Position numbers and translations under genes: made by a program. A stretch of 64,000 nt of DNA from contig NC_086118.1 of NCBI RefSeq assembly GCF_963921235.1, positions 12,340,001 to 12,404,000 of the forward strand, in the 5' to 3' direction. Below, piece by piece: positions 46,550 to 60,004 of the stretch; the first letter of the stretch is position 1; every line of letters starts with the position of its first letter. Source of the stretch: Mobula hypostoma (taxonomy: Eukaryota). The notes beneath the pieces are model-generated. The model saw only the letters and a program-made list of their open reading frames with translations. It was not told the DNA's origin and searched no databases.

Positions 46550-49500
46550 AATGGTTGGGGGTTGGGAATCAAATTAAAGAGGCTAGACGTGAGGAGGTTA
46601 GTTCACAACAGAGGGATGGGAACCAGTGCAGAGAGACAGAGGGGTGTAAAGTGAGCGTAGAAGCAAAAAGTACAAAGGAGAAAAGTAAAAGTGGCAGGCC
46701 GACAAATCCAGGGCAAGCATTAAAAAGGGCCACTTTTCAACATAATTGTATAAGGGCTAGGAGAGTTGTAAAAGAGCGCCTGAAGGGTTTATGTGTCAAT
46801 GCAAGGAGCATTCGTAATAAGGTGGATGAATTGAAAGTGCAGATTGTTATTAATGATTATGATATAGTTGGGATCACAGAGACATGGCTCCAGGGTGACC
46901 AAGGATGGGAGCTCAACGTTCAGGGATATTCAATATTCAGGAGGGATAGACATGAAGGAAGGGGAGGTGGGGTGGCGTTGCTGGTTAAAGAAGAGATTAA
47001 CGCAATAGAAAGGAAGGACATAAGCCGGGAAGATGTGGAATCGATATAGGTAGAGCTGCGTAACACTAAGGGGCAGAAGACGCTGGTGGGAGTTGTGTAC
47101 AGGCCACCTAACAGTAGTAGTGAGGTCGGAGATGGTATTAAACATGAAATTAGAAATGTGTGCAATAAAGGAACAGCAGTTATAATGGGTGACTTCAATC
47201 TACATGTAGACTAGGTGAACCAAATTGGTAAAGGTGCTGAGGAAGAGGATTTCTTGGAATGTATGCGGGATGGTTTTTTGAACCAACATGTCGAGGAACC
47301 AACTAGAGAGCAGGCTATTCTGGACTGGGTTTTCAGCAATGAGGAAGGGTTAATTAGCGATCTTGTCGTGAGAAGCCCCTTGGGTAAGAGTGACCATAAT
47401 ATGGTGGAATTCTTCATTAAGATGGAGAGTGACATAGTTAATTCAGAAACAAAGGTTCTGAACTTAAAGAGGGGTAACTTTGAAGGTATGAGACGTGAAT
47501 TAGCTAAGATAGACTGGCAAATGACACTTAAAGGATTGACGGTGGATATGCAATGGCAAGCATTTAAAGGTTGCATGGATGAACTACAGCAATTGTTCAT
47601 CCCAGTTTGGCGAAAGAATAAATCAAGGAAGGTAGTGCACCCGTGGCTGACAAGAGAAATTAGGGATAGTATCAATTCCAAAGAAGAAGCATACAAATTA
47701 GCCAGAGAAAGTGGCTCACCTGAGGACTGGGAGAAATTCAGAGTTCAGCAGAGGAGGACAAAGGGCTTAATTAGGAAGGGGAAAAAAGATTATGAGAGAA
47801 AACTGGCAGGGAACATAAAAACGGACTGTAAAAGCTTTTATAGATATGTAAAAAGGAAAAGACTGGTAAAGACAAATGTAGGTCCCCTGCAGACAGAAAC
47901 AGGTGAATTGATTATGGGGAGCAAGGACATGGCAGACCAATTGAATAGTTACTTTGGTTCTGTCTTCACTAAGGAATCTTCCAGAAATAGTAAGGGACAG
48001 AGGGTCCAGTGGGATGGAGGAACTGAGCGAAATACATGTTAGTAGGGAAGTGGTGTTAGGTAAATTGAAGGGAGTGAAGGCAGATAAATCCCCAGGGACA
48101 GATGGTCTGCATCCTAGAGTGCTTAAAGAAGTAGCCCAAGAAATAGTGGATGCATTAGTGATAATTTTTCAAAACTCGTTAGATTCTGGACTAGTTCCTG
48201 AGGATTGGAGGGTGGCTAATGTAACCCCACTTTTTAAAAAAGGAGGGAGAGAGAAACCGGAGAATTATAGACCGGTTAGCCTAACGTTGGTGGTGGGGAA
48301 ACTACTGGAGTCAGTTATCAAGGATGTGATAACAGCACATTTGGAAAGCGGTGAAATGATCGGACAAAGTCAGCGTGGATTTGTGAAAGGAAAATCATGT
48401 CTGACGAATCTCATAGAATTTTTTGAGGATGTAACAGTAGAGTGGATAGGGGAGAACCAGTGGATATGGTATATTTGGATTTTCAAAAGGCTTTTGACAA
48501 GGTCCCACACAGGAGATTAGTGTGCAAACTTAAAGCACATGGTATTGGGGGTAAGGTATTGGTGTGGGTGGAGAATTGGTTAGCAGACAGGAAGCAAAGA
48601 GTGGGAATAAATGGGACCTTTTCAGAATGGCAGGCGGTGACTAGTGGGGTACCGCAAGGCTCAGTGCTGGGACCCCAGTTGTTTACAATATATATTAATG
48701 ACTTGGATGAGGGAATTAAATGCAGCATCTCCAAGTTTGCGGATGACACGAAGCTGGGTGGCAGTGTTAGCAGTGAGGAGGATGCTAAGAGGATGCAGGG
48801 TGACTTGGATAGGTTGGGTGAGTGGGCAAATTCATGGCAGATGCAATTTAATGTGGATAAATGTGAAGTTATCCACTTTGGTGGCAAAAATAGGAAAACA
48901 GATTATTATCTGAATGGTGGCCGATTAGGAAAAGGGGAGGTGCAACAAGACCTGGGTGTCATTATACACCAGTCATTGAAAGTGGGCATGCAGGTACAGC
49001 AGGCGGTGAAAAAGGCAAATGGTATGCTGGCATTTATAGTGAGAGGATTCGAGTACAGGAGCAGGGACGTACTACTGCAGTTGTACAAGGCCTTGGTGAG
49101 ACCACACCTGGAGTATTGTGTGCAGTTTTGGTCCCCTAATCTGAGGAAAGACATCTTTGCCATAGAGGGAGTACAAAGAAGGTTCACCAGATTGATTCCT
49201 GGGATGGCGGGACTTTCATATGAAGAAAGACTGGATGAATTGGGCTTGTACTCGTTGGAATTTAGAAGATTGAAGGGGGATCTGATTGAAACGTATAAGA
49301 TCCTAAAGGGATTGGACAGGCTAGATGCAGGAAGATTGTTCCCGATGTTGGGGAAGTCCAGAACGAGGGGTCACAGTTTGAGGATAGAGGGGAAGCCTTT
49401 TAGGACTGAGATTAGGAAAAAATTCTTCACACAGAGAGTGGTGAATCTGTAGAACTCTCTGCCACAGGAAACAGTTGAGGCCAGTTCATTTTCTATATTT

Positions 49501-49575
49501 AAGAGGGAGTTAGATATGGCCCTTGTGGCTACGGGGGTCAGGGGGTATGGAGGGAAGGCTGGGGCGGGGTTCTGA
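46540..49575 (+). pseudogene. CR1 ORF2 (APE + RT) with a few stops and frameshifts
   Basis: ORF pieces 46555..47049, 47215..48042, 47954..48520 and 48442..49452; TAG in place of Trp codons at 47047, 47212 and 49450. Confidence 0.95.
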
Positions 49576-49763
49576 GTTAGATGATCAGCCATGATCATAA
49601 TAAATGGCGGTGCAGGCTCGAAGGGCCGAATGGCCTACTCCTGCACCTATTTTCTATGTTTCTATGTTTCTATATTAATAGTTCCAATTCAATAAAATGG
49701 CCATATCTCTTAAGATATGTGAATAAACGTATAGAATTATCGATCACCTAATATTTTGCTAAT

Positions 49764-50287
49764 TGTCAGATTTCGGTGAGACTCAAGTGCAGACCAATGA
49801 ATACTTTTTCACCAGGATTTATTAGGGAGCACAAAGGCAACGGTCTTTCATAAACAGAAGACAGGCACGAATCTGAAATGGCAGGCAGAGGTCTTAACCA
49901 GGAAAGGCAGTCAGGCAAGGGCAGACAATCCAGAGCGCACAGGCAAAAATCAGGGCCAAGAACGGGCAAAATCCAAAACACAGAATCAGGCAAAATTGCT
50001 TGGCAGAGGTTGCAATGACAGGCTAGAATGACACAGGTCAGAACTGGGACGAACTGGCAGAGGATGCTAGTCAAGGCGGGGTTTAAATGGACAGTGTAAT
50101 GAGTGAAAATTAGAAACAGGTGGGTGCAAATGAGGAGACAAGCAGGTAATTGGAGGAAGTCCAAAAAGGAAAGGGGCTGGGCCAGAACCCACATGGCCAT
50201 AGAAAGAAAACACAAATTAAAGACTGTCGTGATCCAGAGCTACCAGCAGAGGCCCTTTGACCCAGTGTTCAGGCCGGATCCTTAACG
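49764..50287 (-). mobile_element. Gypsy-type solo LTR (524 bp, 5-bp TSD CTAAT)
   Basis: CTAAT at 49759-63 and 50288-92; termini TGTCAG...TAACG (CA mutated to CG); minus-strand AATAAA near 49820. Confidence 0.85.
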
Positions 50288-51769
50288 CTAATGTAGAGAA
50301 AGAATCATCTCAGTGTATATGTCAGCGTTCCTTAAAGCACAGAAGTCTGTTCAGCCTTTTGAATCTGTTTCAACTCTTAGAGCAATCCCTTTAATCTACA
50401 CCCCCACTTCTCTGTAATCTTATGTCTCATGAGTGTCCATTAATACCTCCAATTCTCTCGTCTGCCATCTATACCTGGGATTAATTAGAGGTGTTTATTT
50501 GAGTAACAACATAACAATTTGAAGTGTAGCCACTTGTAGAATGCAGGAGTGGATTTCAAAATGCTGAAAACATACCAAAACCTATTGACCCATCCGTATG
50601 TGAGGATAGTTACTGGCTTCCGATATGGAGTGAGGGAGAATAGAATACTTGAACCTCCATTGTGATCCTGGCTGGAGATCTGCTTGGCAGTACACCAAAT
50701 TGTATGACTAAGCTACTCAACTGGTTACCAAAGCAAAATGTAATTTGTTGCCCCTTATAGAACGACACAGCAATTCCATCCAAGTGTTAATTAAAAAGGT
50801 GTCCAATGGACCATTTAATGCTGTAATATCAATGAAATTTTGGACAGAATTCAAACCACATAAAATCACTTATACTGAGTGATGTAATAGGAGTGATAAG
50901 GAGCAGAGATTATTAAAATGGTTCAAATGGTTTAACTTAATATCGGAAAATACATACAGTATACAACCTGGCATTTTTATTCAACACAGACATCTACAAA
51001 ACAAGAAACCCCAAAGAATGAATGACGGTAACATCAGAAACCCTCCCATGTGTAAGTAGCAGCAGAAGCATTGAAATGCCCCCTCCCCCTCCCCATTACA
51101 CCAGCAGAAGTACAACTTCTTCATACAAGCAAGATAATAACCTCCAAACAGACTCCATAATCCAGCACTTTAGTATCTTAGACAGGATCTCTCTCATCAG
51201 CGAGGCAGACAGAGACGGCTCCTATAGCAACAAGAGCATGAGACCAGCAGTTTGATGTTCCGATGTCACAATCTTCTGTGATGCAACTCCAAGCCCCCCT
51301 GACTCAGGCACCAACAGGCTCTCACCCTCCATCAAGAGGGATGGAGAGTGGGAGCAGCAGAGAGGGATTGCTCAGTTCAGTGGGAAATTCCACACCGATG
51401 TGAGTTGTACAGGCACACTTCAAGATGCAGCAGTGTTTGTCTAGATTGAGCCTAGCTGAACTAAATAAGTGAAAAGATTGTGCAATAGTTGTTTTCCAAT
51501 GGAAATTGGATATACTAGAGAACACACATTTGGAGAGTAGGGGTGTTTCGGAAGAGGAAAAGCTGGGTGCAGTTAGTTTGTTCTTACTAACAGCCAGCAT
51601 GGGAATACTTATATTATCCTAGAACATAGAAAGAGCTTAGAGTGTGACAAGTGTCCTTGATGAGGATAGCTTGGACCCAAATGTTGCAGTATCTGAGGCT
51701 GGGATCGAGACAGAGTCTTAAACAGGATCGAGAAACTGAGCCCAAAACAAACACTGCAAGATTTATGCC

Positions 51770-54025
51770 ACCGGGTTTACTTTCCTCAGGGTCATAAAGG
51801 GACCAATCAACTTGGGCTCCAGCTTTCTAGATTCCACTGGGAGAGGCAAATCATGAGTGGACAGCCAGACCTGTTGCCCAGGCTGTAACTTGGGTCATGG
51901 TCTTCTCCTTTGGTTTGCCTTGGCCTCCGCTCTCTGGGTAGAGGCTAGCAAAACATCTCTTGCCCTCACCCATTTTTCCTTGCGTCTTTGGACAAAATCT
52001 TCTGCAGCAGGGACCCCAACTTTGGCTTCTTGTTCTGGAAAGAGAGGTGGAGGTTAACCAAACTGCACTCAAATCGTGACATCCCATGTGCTGAGTGCTG
52101 TAAAGGTATTCTAAATCCTGTTTGGTCCACTCCGCCCAGCCATTGAACTGCGGGTGAAACTCAAAGGAAAGGCTTGCTGTTGCCCTTGTCAGTTTACAGA
52201 AAGCCTTCCAGAAATGTGATGAGAATTGTGGACTACGATCTGAGACAATGTCCACTGGGAATCCATGGACCATGAAGACCTGATCCAGGAGAATCTCGGC
52301 TGTCTCCAGCACGGAAGGTAGCTTCTCCAAGGCAATGAACTTGCAGGCTTTCGAAAACCGATCGACAACTACCATGATGAGTGATTTCCCCTCGAATGGT
52401 GAGAGACCAATGACAAAATCCATGGAGATGTGTGCCCAAGGTTTTTTTGAAGCGGATAGGGGGTGGAGGAGTCCTTGAGATCAGGTATGAGGCACCCTCT
52501 CCTGGGCGCACAACTTGCATGCCTGCATGTTCCACCGAACTTTTCTCATCATTCCAGGCCACCAATACCTCCTCTTGATAAACTCAAGGGTTTCTGGCAA
52601 TCCTTGGCTCTGCAGTCATTCGTGTCGCCATTGCAGCACCTGGGACCGGATGGAACTTGGGACGAAAAGCTTTCTGTTTTCAGAAAGCTTCCCTTGCACT
52701 TGGGCTTTGTGAACAAGAGTGCTGATTCCTAAATGAATTGGCGCTACCACTCCGGCTTGGGGCAAGATGGTGGTAGGCTGCTCCTCTGATTCCGGTGTGT
52801 CAAACTGGTAGGTTAAGTCATCAGGCTTCTGGATCTTAGACCCCAGTTGATAGGTCAGACTGAAATTAAACCGGTTAAGAAACTAAGACCACCTAGCCTA
52901 TCTGGAATTCAGCATCTTGAGCTCCTGAATATAGGGCAGGTTCTCATGGTCAGTTCAAATGATAAAAAAGTTCTTGGCCTCCTCTAGCCAGTGATGCCAT
53001 TCCTCCCAAGCAAACTTGCTTGCAAGAACCTTGCGATTCCCGAAGTCATAGTTTCTCTCTGCTGAGGATAGCCACCTGGAGAAGAATGCACCTGGGTGCA
53101 GTTTACTGTCAGAAGCTGAACACTGAGACAAGATGGCACCTACTCTGATGTCTGAGGTGCCCACCTCCATGATGAAGGAAAGGTCCAGGGTTAGGAAAAA
53201 CCAAGATGGGAGCCAATGTGAAATGCTGTTACAGCTTTGCAAAAGGAGCCTCCAGATGGCTTGTGGATCTTTTAGAGCTGTCAGTGGAGCTGCCACAGAG
53301 CTGAAGTTCCTGATTGAACTTCCAGTAGAAGTTAACAAGCACCAGGAATCATTGGACCTGTTTGATAGTGGGTGGTGGTGGCCAGCCTCTGTCTGCCTGG
53401 GTCTTGGTTGGGTCCATCTCAAGATTACCATTAGAGATGATGAAACTCAAAAATGAAACAGTCGTCATATGAAACTCGGGCTTCTCCAACTTGACGTAAA
53501 GTCCATGGTCTAGTAGTCTCTGTAAAATGTCCCTGACGTGGGTGACGTGCTCCTTCATGGACTTCGAGGAGATTAGGATATCACCCAAGTTGACGAAGGC
53601 ATACTTATGGAGAGTACCCTGGAGCACAGTGTTTATAAAGACTTAGAAAATGGCTGGGGCATCCGCAAGAGCGAAGGACATAAGCTGGTACTTGTAGTGC
53701 CCTGTCAGCCTATTGAATGCCATCTTCCACTCATTACCCTCTTTGATACCAACCAGACTGTAGGCACTCCGGAGGTCTAATTTTGTGAATACCCTCACCC
53801 CCTGGAGAATCTCGAAAGTGGTATTCTTAAGAGGAAGGGAGTAACAATTCTTGGTGTTATCCAGTTTTATCCCCTGTAATCAATGCATGGCCACAGGCTC
53901 CCATTTTCCTTTTGTATGAAGAAAACTCTTGTACTGGCGGGTGAGGTAGAGAGCTGAATGGAGTCTGTGGCAGAGGTTCCTTTATAAACTCCTCCATGAT
54001 GCTTCTCTCTGGGCCTGAAGGTGCC
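51770..54025 (-). pseudogene. Ty3/Gypsy pol remnant (RT-RNaseH-integrase)
   Basis: FVNLGDILI (YLDD), LYVKLEK.EF, GAILSQ..AFFSR.LSSAERNYD, SMDFVIGL, VVVDRFSK, IVSDRSPQF, HPQFNG. Confidence 0.92.
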
Positions 54026-54026
54026 T

Positions 54027-55058
54027 AAGACCGTAAGATATACGAGCAGAAGTAGGCAATTTGGCCCATCGAGTCTGCTCCGCTATTCAATCATGGGCTA
54101 ATCCAATTCTTCCAGTTATCCCCACTCCCCTGCCTTCTCCCCATACCCTTTGGTGCCCTGGCTAATTAAGAACCTATCTACCTTTGCCTTAAATGAACCC
54201 AGTAACTTAGCCTCCACAGCTGCTCCTGGCAACAAATTCCACAGATTTACCACCCTCTGACTAAAGTAATTTCTTTGCATCGCTGTTCTAAATGGACATC
54301 CTTCAATCCTGAAGTCATGCTCTTTTGACCTAGACTCCCCTACCATGGGAAATAACTTTGCCATATCTAATCTGTTCAGGTCTTTTAACATTTGGAATGT
54401 TTCTATGAGATCCCCTCTCATTCTCCTGCACTCCAGGGAATTCAGCCCAAGAGCTGCCAGGCATTCCTTATATGGTAACCCTTTCATTCCTGGAATTATT
54501 CTCGTGAATCTTCTCTGAACCCTCTCCAATGTCAGTATATCCTTTCAAAAATAAGGAGCCCAGAACTGCACACAATACTCCAAGTGTGGTCTCATGCGTG
54601 CCTTATAGAACCTCAACATAACATCCCTGCTCTTATATTCTATACCTCTAGAATTGAATGCCAACATTACATTTGCCTTCTTCACCACCAACTCAACCTG
54701 GAGATTAACCTTTCGGATGTCCTGCACAAGGACTCCCAAGTTCCTTTGCATCTCTGTAATTTGAGTTCTTTCCCCACTTAAATAATAGTCTGCCCATTTA
54801 TTTCGTCCACCAAAATGCATGACCATACACTTTCCAACATTGTATTTCATTCGCCACTTCTTTGCCCATTCCCCTAAACTATCTAAGTCTCTTTGCAGGC
54901 TCTCTGTTTCCTCAACGCTCCTCCATCTATCCTTGTAACATCGGCAAATTTATCCACAAATCCATTAATCTCATAGTCCAAATCATTGACTTACATTGTA
55001 AAAAGCAGCGGTCCCAACACCGACTCCTGAGGAACTCCACTGGTATCCAACAGCCAAC
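54027..55058 (-). mobile_element. CR1 3' fragment abutting the Gypsy remnant
   Basis: ORFs 54116..54529 and 54545..54850 encode the CR1 RT C-terminus. Confidence 0.92.
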
Positions 55059-56119
55059 AGCACTGCGGATGACAAGGACCGGGGATCAGTTCTATGGCAC
55101 AGTCACAGGGTCAGTGTGCTGGAAGAGTCAGGAAGCAAAGAAAACCATGGTACCCGTTCTAAGGAAACAGCAAACCCAGCGTGTAAAATAAAATAAGTTT
55201 CACAACCAGCAACAAATAAAAACAAGCAATAAAACACAGGACATAAAACGCAAAATCAAAACAGTCCAGGCCTGTTCAGTTCAGCTCAGTTTTCGATATA
55301 TGCGGGTTGCCCCAAAATAGCAAGAAATAGACTGACCATAAACTGTAAACTCATCATAATGGGAACTACAGAGTCCAATCAACAAACTGTATTGATTAAA
55401 CCTTGCCCAAGAATCCTGGCACCTTCCTCAGACTGCATCGAGGGAGAGATAGACCATTCAAACACAGAGATCTTCCTTCAGGAGCAACAAACCAGAGGGA
55501 GAGGGAACCAGTCCTACACAGTCAACCTTCCTCTGGCGGCAGTGACTGAGAGGCTGGTAGATGGTGCTGAACATTCTCTTGCCTTCCACACTCACCTCGA
55601 TGAATTCAATCTTGTTCAGTGCTTTACTCAGTGAGAAATTGAATCGATCATGAGCCCACGCCCTGTCTCCAGGCTTCTTGGCCTCGAGGCTGCACAAGTG
55701 TTTCAAAGCCTCCCAGAACACCCTCGGAGACAGCAAAGCACCAGGTCGTCCAATTGGTCAAAGCTAGTTTCCACGATGTGCCACGCTGTGTCCACCACTC
55801 TCTGCAGTTTCATTCCGTCATGGGCAGAGCAGTTGCCGAATCAAACTCTGATGCTTTCAGGAAGGATAAGTTCTATGGGGAATGTATAAAACATGAAAGT
55901 ATCACTTCGATAAGTAAATAGATTATTTTTTAAAATGTGGTCTCAAGGAGAACATACTAACCCGGTTCAGATAGCACTGTATGTTAGGGTGGAGCCTGGA
56001 TTACTGAACTGGTGAGATAGCAGAACTACCAGCTGTGGCTGATATTTTCCCCAAGCTCCAAGGTTATCAGTTCACTGGAATGCAATGCAGACTGCAATAA
56101 TATTTCATATTTTCTTACA

Positions 56120-56430
56120 ACATCGAAGGAAGTAATTTGGCCCATTAAGTCAATGCTAGCTCTCAGAGTATTTCCATCATTCCAAGTCCACCACTTGTTT
56201 CCCTATAACCTTTTCTCTCACAGATGCCCATCAGCTTCCCCAGTTCTCACACTGAACACCCACACGGGCATTTACTGTAGCTACCTTATCCATCACACTG
56301 AAGTTCTTTCAAAATGGGAGAAAACAGGATCACTGGCAAATTCCTGCTCGGCTAGAGGGAGAATGTGCAAACTCCAAGTAGTATCAGAGGATTAAATTTA
56401 GGCTTCAATGTGGCACCACTGTGTTGCCAA
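56120..56430 (-). mobile_element. Degenerate V-SINE
   Basis: Antisense V-domain (GGGAGAAAACAGG...GGGAGAATGTGCAAACTCC) with a CR1-like tail. Confidence 0.55.
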
Positions 56431-58115
56431 TAACGATAATGTTCACAAGAATTATGGAATTGTTGTTAAAAACTCTACCAGGCTCACCGTTGTCATACGG
56501 GGAAGAAATTTGACATTCTTTTCAAGTCTGGTCTATATGTGACCTCAGAACCTGTCGAGGGCCTTACACGCTTCTCAGTTGCAACAATATAACCATGTTC
56601 AGACATGGTTCAAGACAACAGATCATCACAACTTCCTTGAGGGCAATTTGCCCAGCAGAACATGGGATGAAGTGAGGGTAGATGGGAAGCTCAGCTGAGT
56701 GAGTGCCTCAAATTCTCAGCTTCCCTACATGCTGCCTTCATCTGCAGCAAATGTGGCCAAGACACTCTAATATGATGGGACTCCTCAACCTCTGCATGAA
56801 GTTGACCAGCAAAGGCCAAAGCCATCACTTGCTGCTGAACAGAAGAGGTAGGAGGAATGTGGTTCCTTTAATAGTGAAAGGAAAAACAATCAATCTTTTT
56901 CAATAGTATTGGGTTCACTGACCGCAAAGTTCTAAACTCAAACAAAGACCTTAAGTCCTGTTCGATATAAATAGTCATAAGTCCTCTCATGAAAGGGAGA
57001 TTATACTGTAACTAATGAATCTTCAAAGACGAGTTTATGTCCCTCTTTATCCTCCATGGCGTTTAGCTGCCAGTGCCCAGTATTTGAATGGTGGGCTCCC
57101 TCTTTCAACCAAGGAGAAGTTACTTCCACCTGACAAAGTAACTTAAGACATAGTACATTTATTTTGTGTGATACATATTTTAATCCAAACAACATTCTTA
57201 AAACACATTTAAAACACACAGAGGATATCTATCTAAAACATTTTCAAATTACAAACCATTTCCAAAACACAACACATTTCTAAAACAAAGGTACAATCTT
57301 ATAAACTAAAAATACATTCCAATGATGCAGAAAACAAATTGTCCATTGCAGAAACTGAAGCCAGAGGAATGGATTGTAGATCACCCCATGTTTCTTTGAT
57401 GCTTATTAATGTTCCTTACCCCATTCCGAATAAGCCTGAACTGTTCTCTACATTTATACACTTCTTCTGCCACTTAAGTCACTTCACACACATATGATAT
57501 CTCTCAGATACCCTTTTTAACATAAAACGTTTAAAAACTTTTTGGAGTCATAGTTCAAAGCCTACTTCCTTGAGTACATAAAATTCCTAACATAGCTCAG
57601 TTATTAATATACTAAGCTATATTATCCATTTGGTCTGCAAGCTTCCTTGAACATAAGCAACATAGCCAGCAGTTTGTTTTGAAACCAGCCAAATTGAATA
57701 ACCCATTGTCATAAATTGCACCTTGAACAGTAATAAACCAGGTCTTACAGGCTAGCAGTCTGCTTTTTGACAGAGCTGGTTTTTAAAGCTGTGTTTTTGA
57801 ACTTCAAACTGATTACTGCTTGCCAATTACATTTTAAGAACTGAAGACAGTCTCCCATTTATGACCTGAAACTAAACAAAGCCTATCGCTGGAAGCTTAC
57901 TCATATCTGTTTGAGCTTACAATGGCAGCTACTGTGCTTAGGAAGCAAGCTTTGCAAAAAAAAAAAACAAGAAACCCGTTGGCCCAGAAAGCAAATATCC
58001 GTCACACATCTGACCACTGCTTCTTTGCCCTGCTGCATATGTGTTTAATGTTGTAAGAAAATATGACATTCTCTGAATTCAAAAACACAAGATATTCCAC
58101 AGATGCTGGAAATCC

Positions 58116-60004
58116 TGAATCAGAATTAGAATCAGGTTTACTATCACCGATATGTGTCGAGAAATTTGTTAACTTAGCAGCAGCATTTCAGAAGAAGAAG
58201 AAGAAGAGTCAATCAATCAATCAATCAATTACAAAAAATGTATATTGAATAGATTAAAAATCATACAAAAACAGAAATAATATGTATTAAAAAAGTGAAG
58301 TATTGTCCAAGAGTTCAATATCCATTTAGGAATCGGATGGCAGAGGGGAAGAAGCTGTTCCTGAATTGCTGAGTGTGTGCCTTCAGGCTCCTGTACCTCC
58401 TGCCTGATGGTAACAGTGAGGAAAAGGCATGCCCTGGGTGCTGGGGGTCCTTAATAATGGACACTACCTTTCTGAGACACTGCTCCTTGAAAGTGTCCTG
58501 GGTACTTTGTAGGCTAGTATCCAATATGGAGCAGACTAAATTTACGACCCTCTGCAGCTTCTTTCAGTCCTGTGCAGAAGCAGCCCCCCACCCCCCTCCA
58601 TACCAGACAGTGATGCCGCCTGTCGAAATGTTCTCCACGGTACATCTATAGAATTGTTTGAGTGTTTTTGTTGACATACCAAATCTCTTCAAACTCCTAA
58701 TGAAGTATAGACACGGTCTTGCCTTCTTTATTGCTGCATCGATATGTTAGGACCAGGTTAGGTCCTCAGAGGTCTTGACACCCAGGAACTTGAAACTGCT
58801 CACTCTCTCCACTTCTGATCCCCTCTATCAGGATTGATATGTGTTTTTTCATCTTACCCTCCCTGAAGTCCACAGTCAGCTCTTTCATCTTACTGACGTT
58901 GAGTGCCAGGTTGTTGCTGCGACACCACTCCACTAGTTGACATATCTCACTACTGTACGTCCTCTTGTCTCCACCTGAGATTCTATCAACAATGGTTGTA
59001 TCATCAGCAAATTTACAGTTGGTATTTGAGCTATACCTAGCCACACAGTCATAGGTATAGAGAGAGTAGAGCAGTGGGCTAAGCATATACCCCTGAGATG
59101 CACCAGTGTTGATTGTCAGCGTGGAGGAATATTATCAACAGTCCACACAAATAGCAGTCTTCTAGTTAGGAAGTCGAGGATCCAATTGTAGAGGGAGGTA
59201 CAGAGTCCCAGGTTCTATAACTCACCTGTATCTTCTCTATTGCTGCTTTTGCCTGTAACATTGTGGGAGGATTGTGGGAATGATCGTGTTAAATTCTGAG
59301 CTATAGTTATGAACAGCATCCTGACATAGGTGTTTGTATTGTCCAGGTGGTCTAAGGCCTTGTGAAGAGCCATTGAGATTGCATCTACTATTGACCTATT
59401 GTGGCAATAGGCAAATTGCAGTGGGTCCAGATCCTTGCTGAGGCAGGAGTTCAGTCTAGTCATGACCAACTTCTCAAAGCATTTGATCACTGTAGATGTG
59501 AGTGCTACAGGACAATAGTCATTAAAACAGCTCACATTATTCTTCTTAGGCACTGGTATAATTGTTGCCTTTCTGAAGTAAGTGGGAACTTCCGCCCGTA
59601 GCAGTGAGAGATTGAATGTCCTTGAATACTCCCGCTAATTGCTTGGCACGACTTTTCAGAGCCTTACCAAGTACTCCATTGGGGCTTCCACCTTGCAAGG
59701 GTTCACCCTCTTTAAAGGCAGCTTAACATCGGCCTCTGAGACAGAGGTCACAGGGTCACTGGGTGCAGAAGGGATCTTCACAGCTGTAGTTGTATTCTCC
59801 CTTTCAAAGTGGGGATGGAAGGCATTGAGTTCATCTGGTAATGAAGCATCCTTGCCATTCATGCTATTGTGTTTCGTTTTGTAGGAAGTGATGTCTTGCA
59901 AACCCTGCCAGAGCTGTCGTACATCTGATGTCGCCTCCAACCTTCTTCGAAAACGTCTATTCGCCCTTGAAATAGCCCTCCGCAAATCATACCTGGTTTT
60001 CTGG
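58116..60004 (-). mobile_element. Rex1/Babar RT-3' region
   Basis: ORFs 59656..60054, 59215..59553, 58766..59086 and 58315..58524 closely parallel 14343-16100; (ATTCTG)-type tail. Confidence 0.92.

Larger units (their letters stand above)
45196..49672 (+). mobile_element. CR1-D, near full-length young CR1 LINE
   Basis: CpG-rich duplicated 5' UTR, ORF1, ORF2, 3' UTR and (TTTCTATG)n tail; possible TATATT TSD (45191-96 / 49671-76). Confidence 0.97.

Noticed and set aside
56950..58008. AT-rich ~1-kb segment ending GTCACA as a solo LTR
   Set aside because: Could not find a matching TG start with a TSD.
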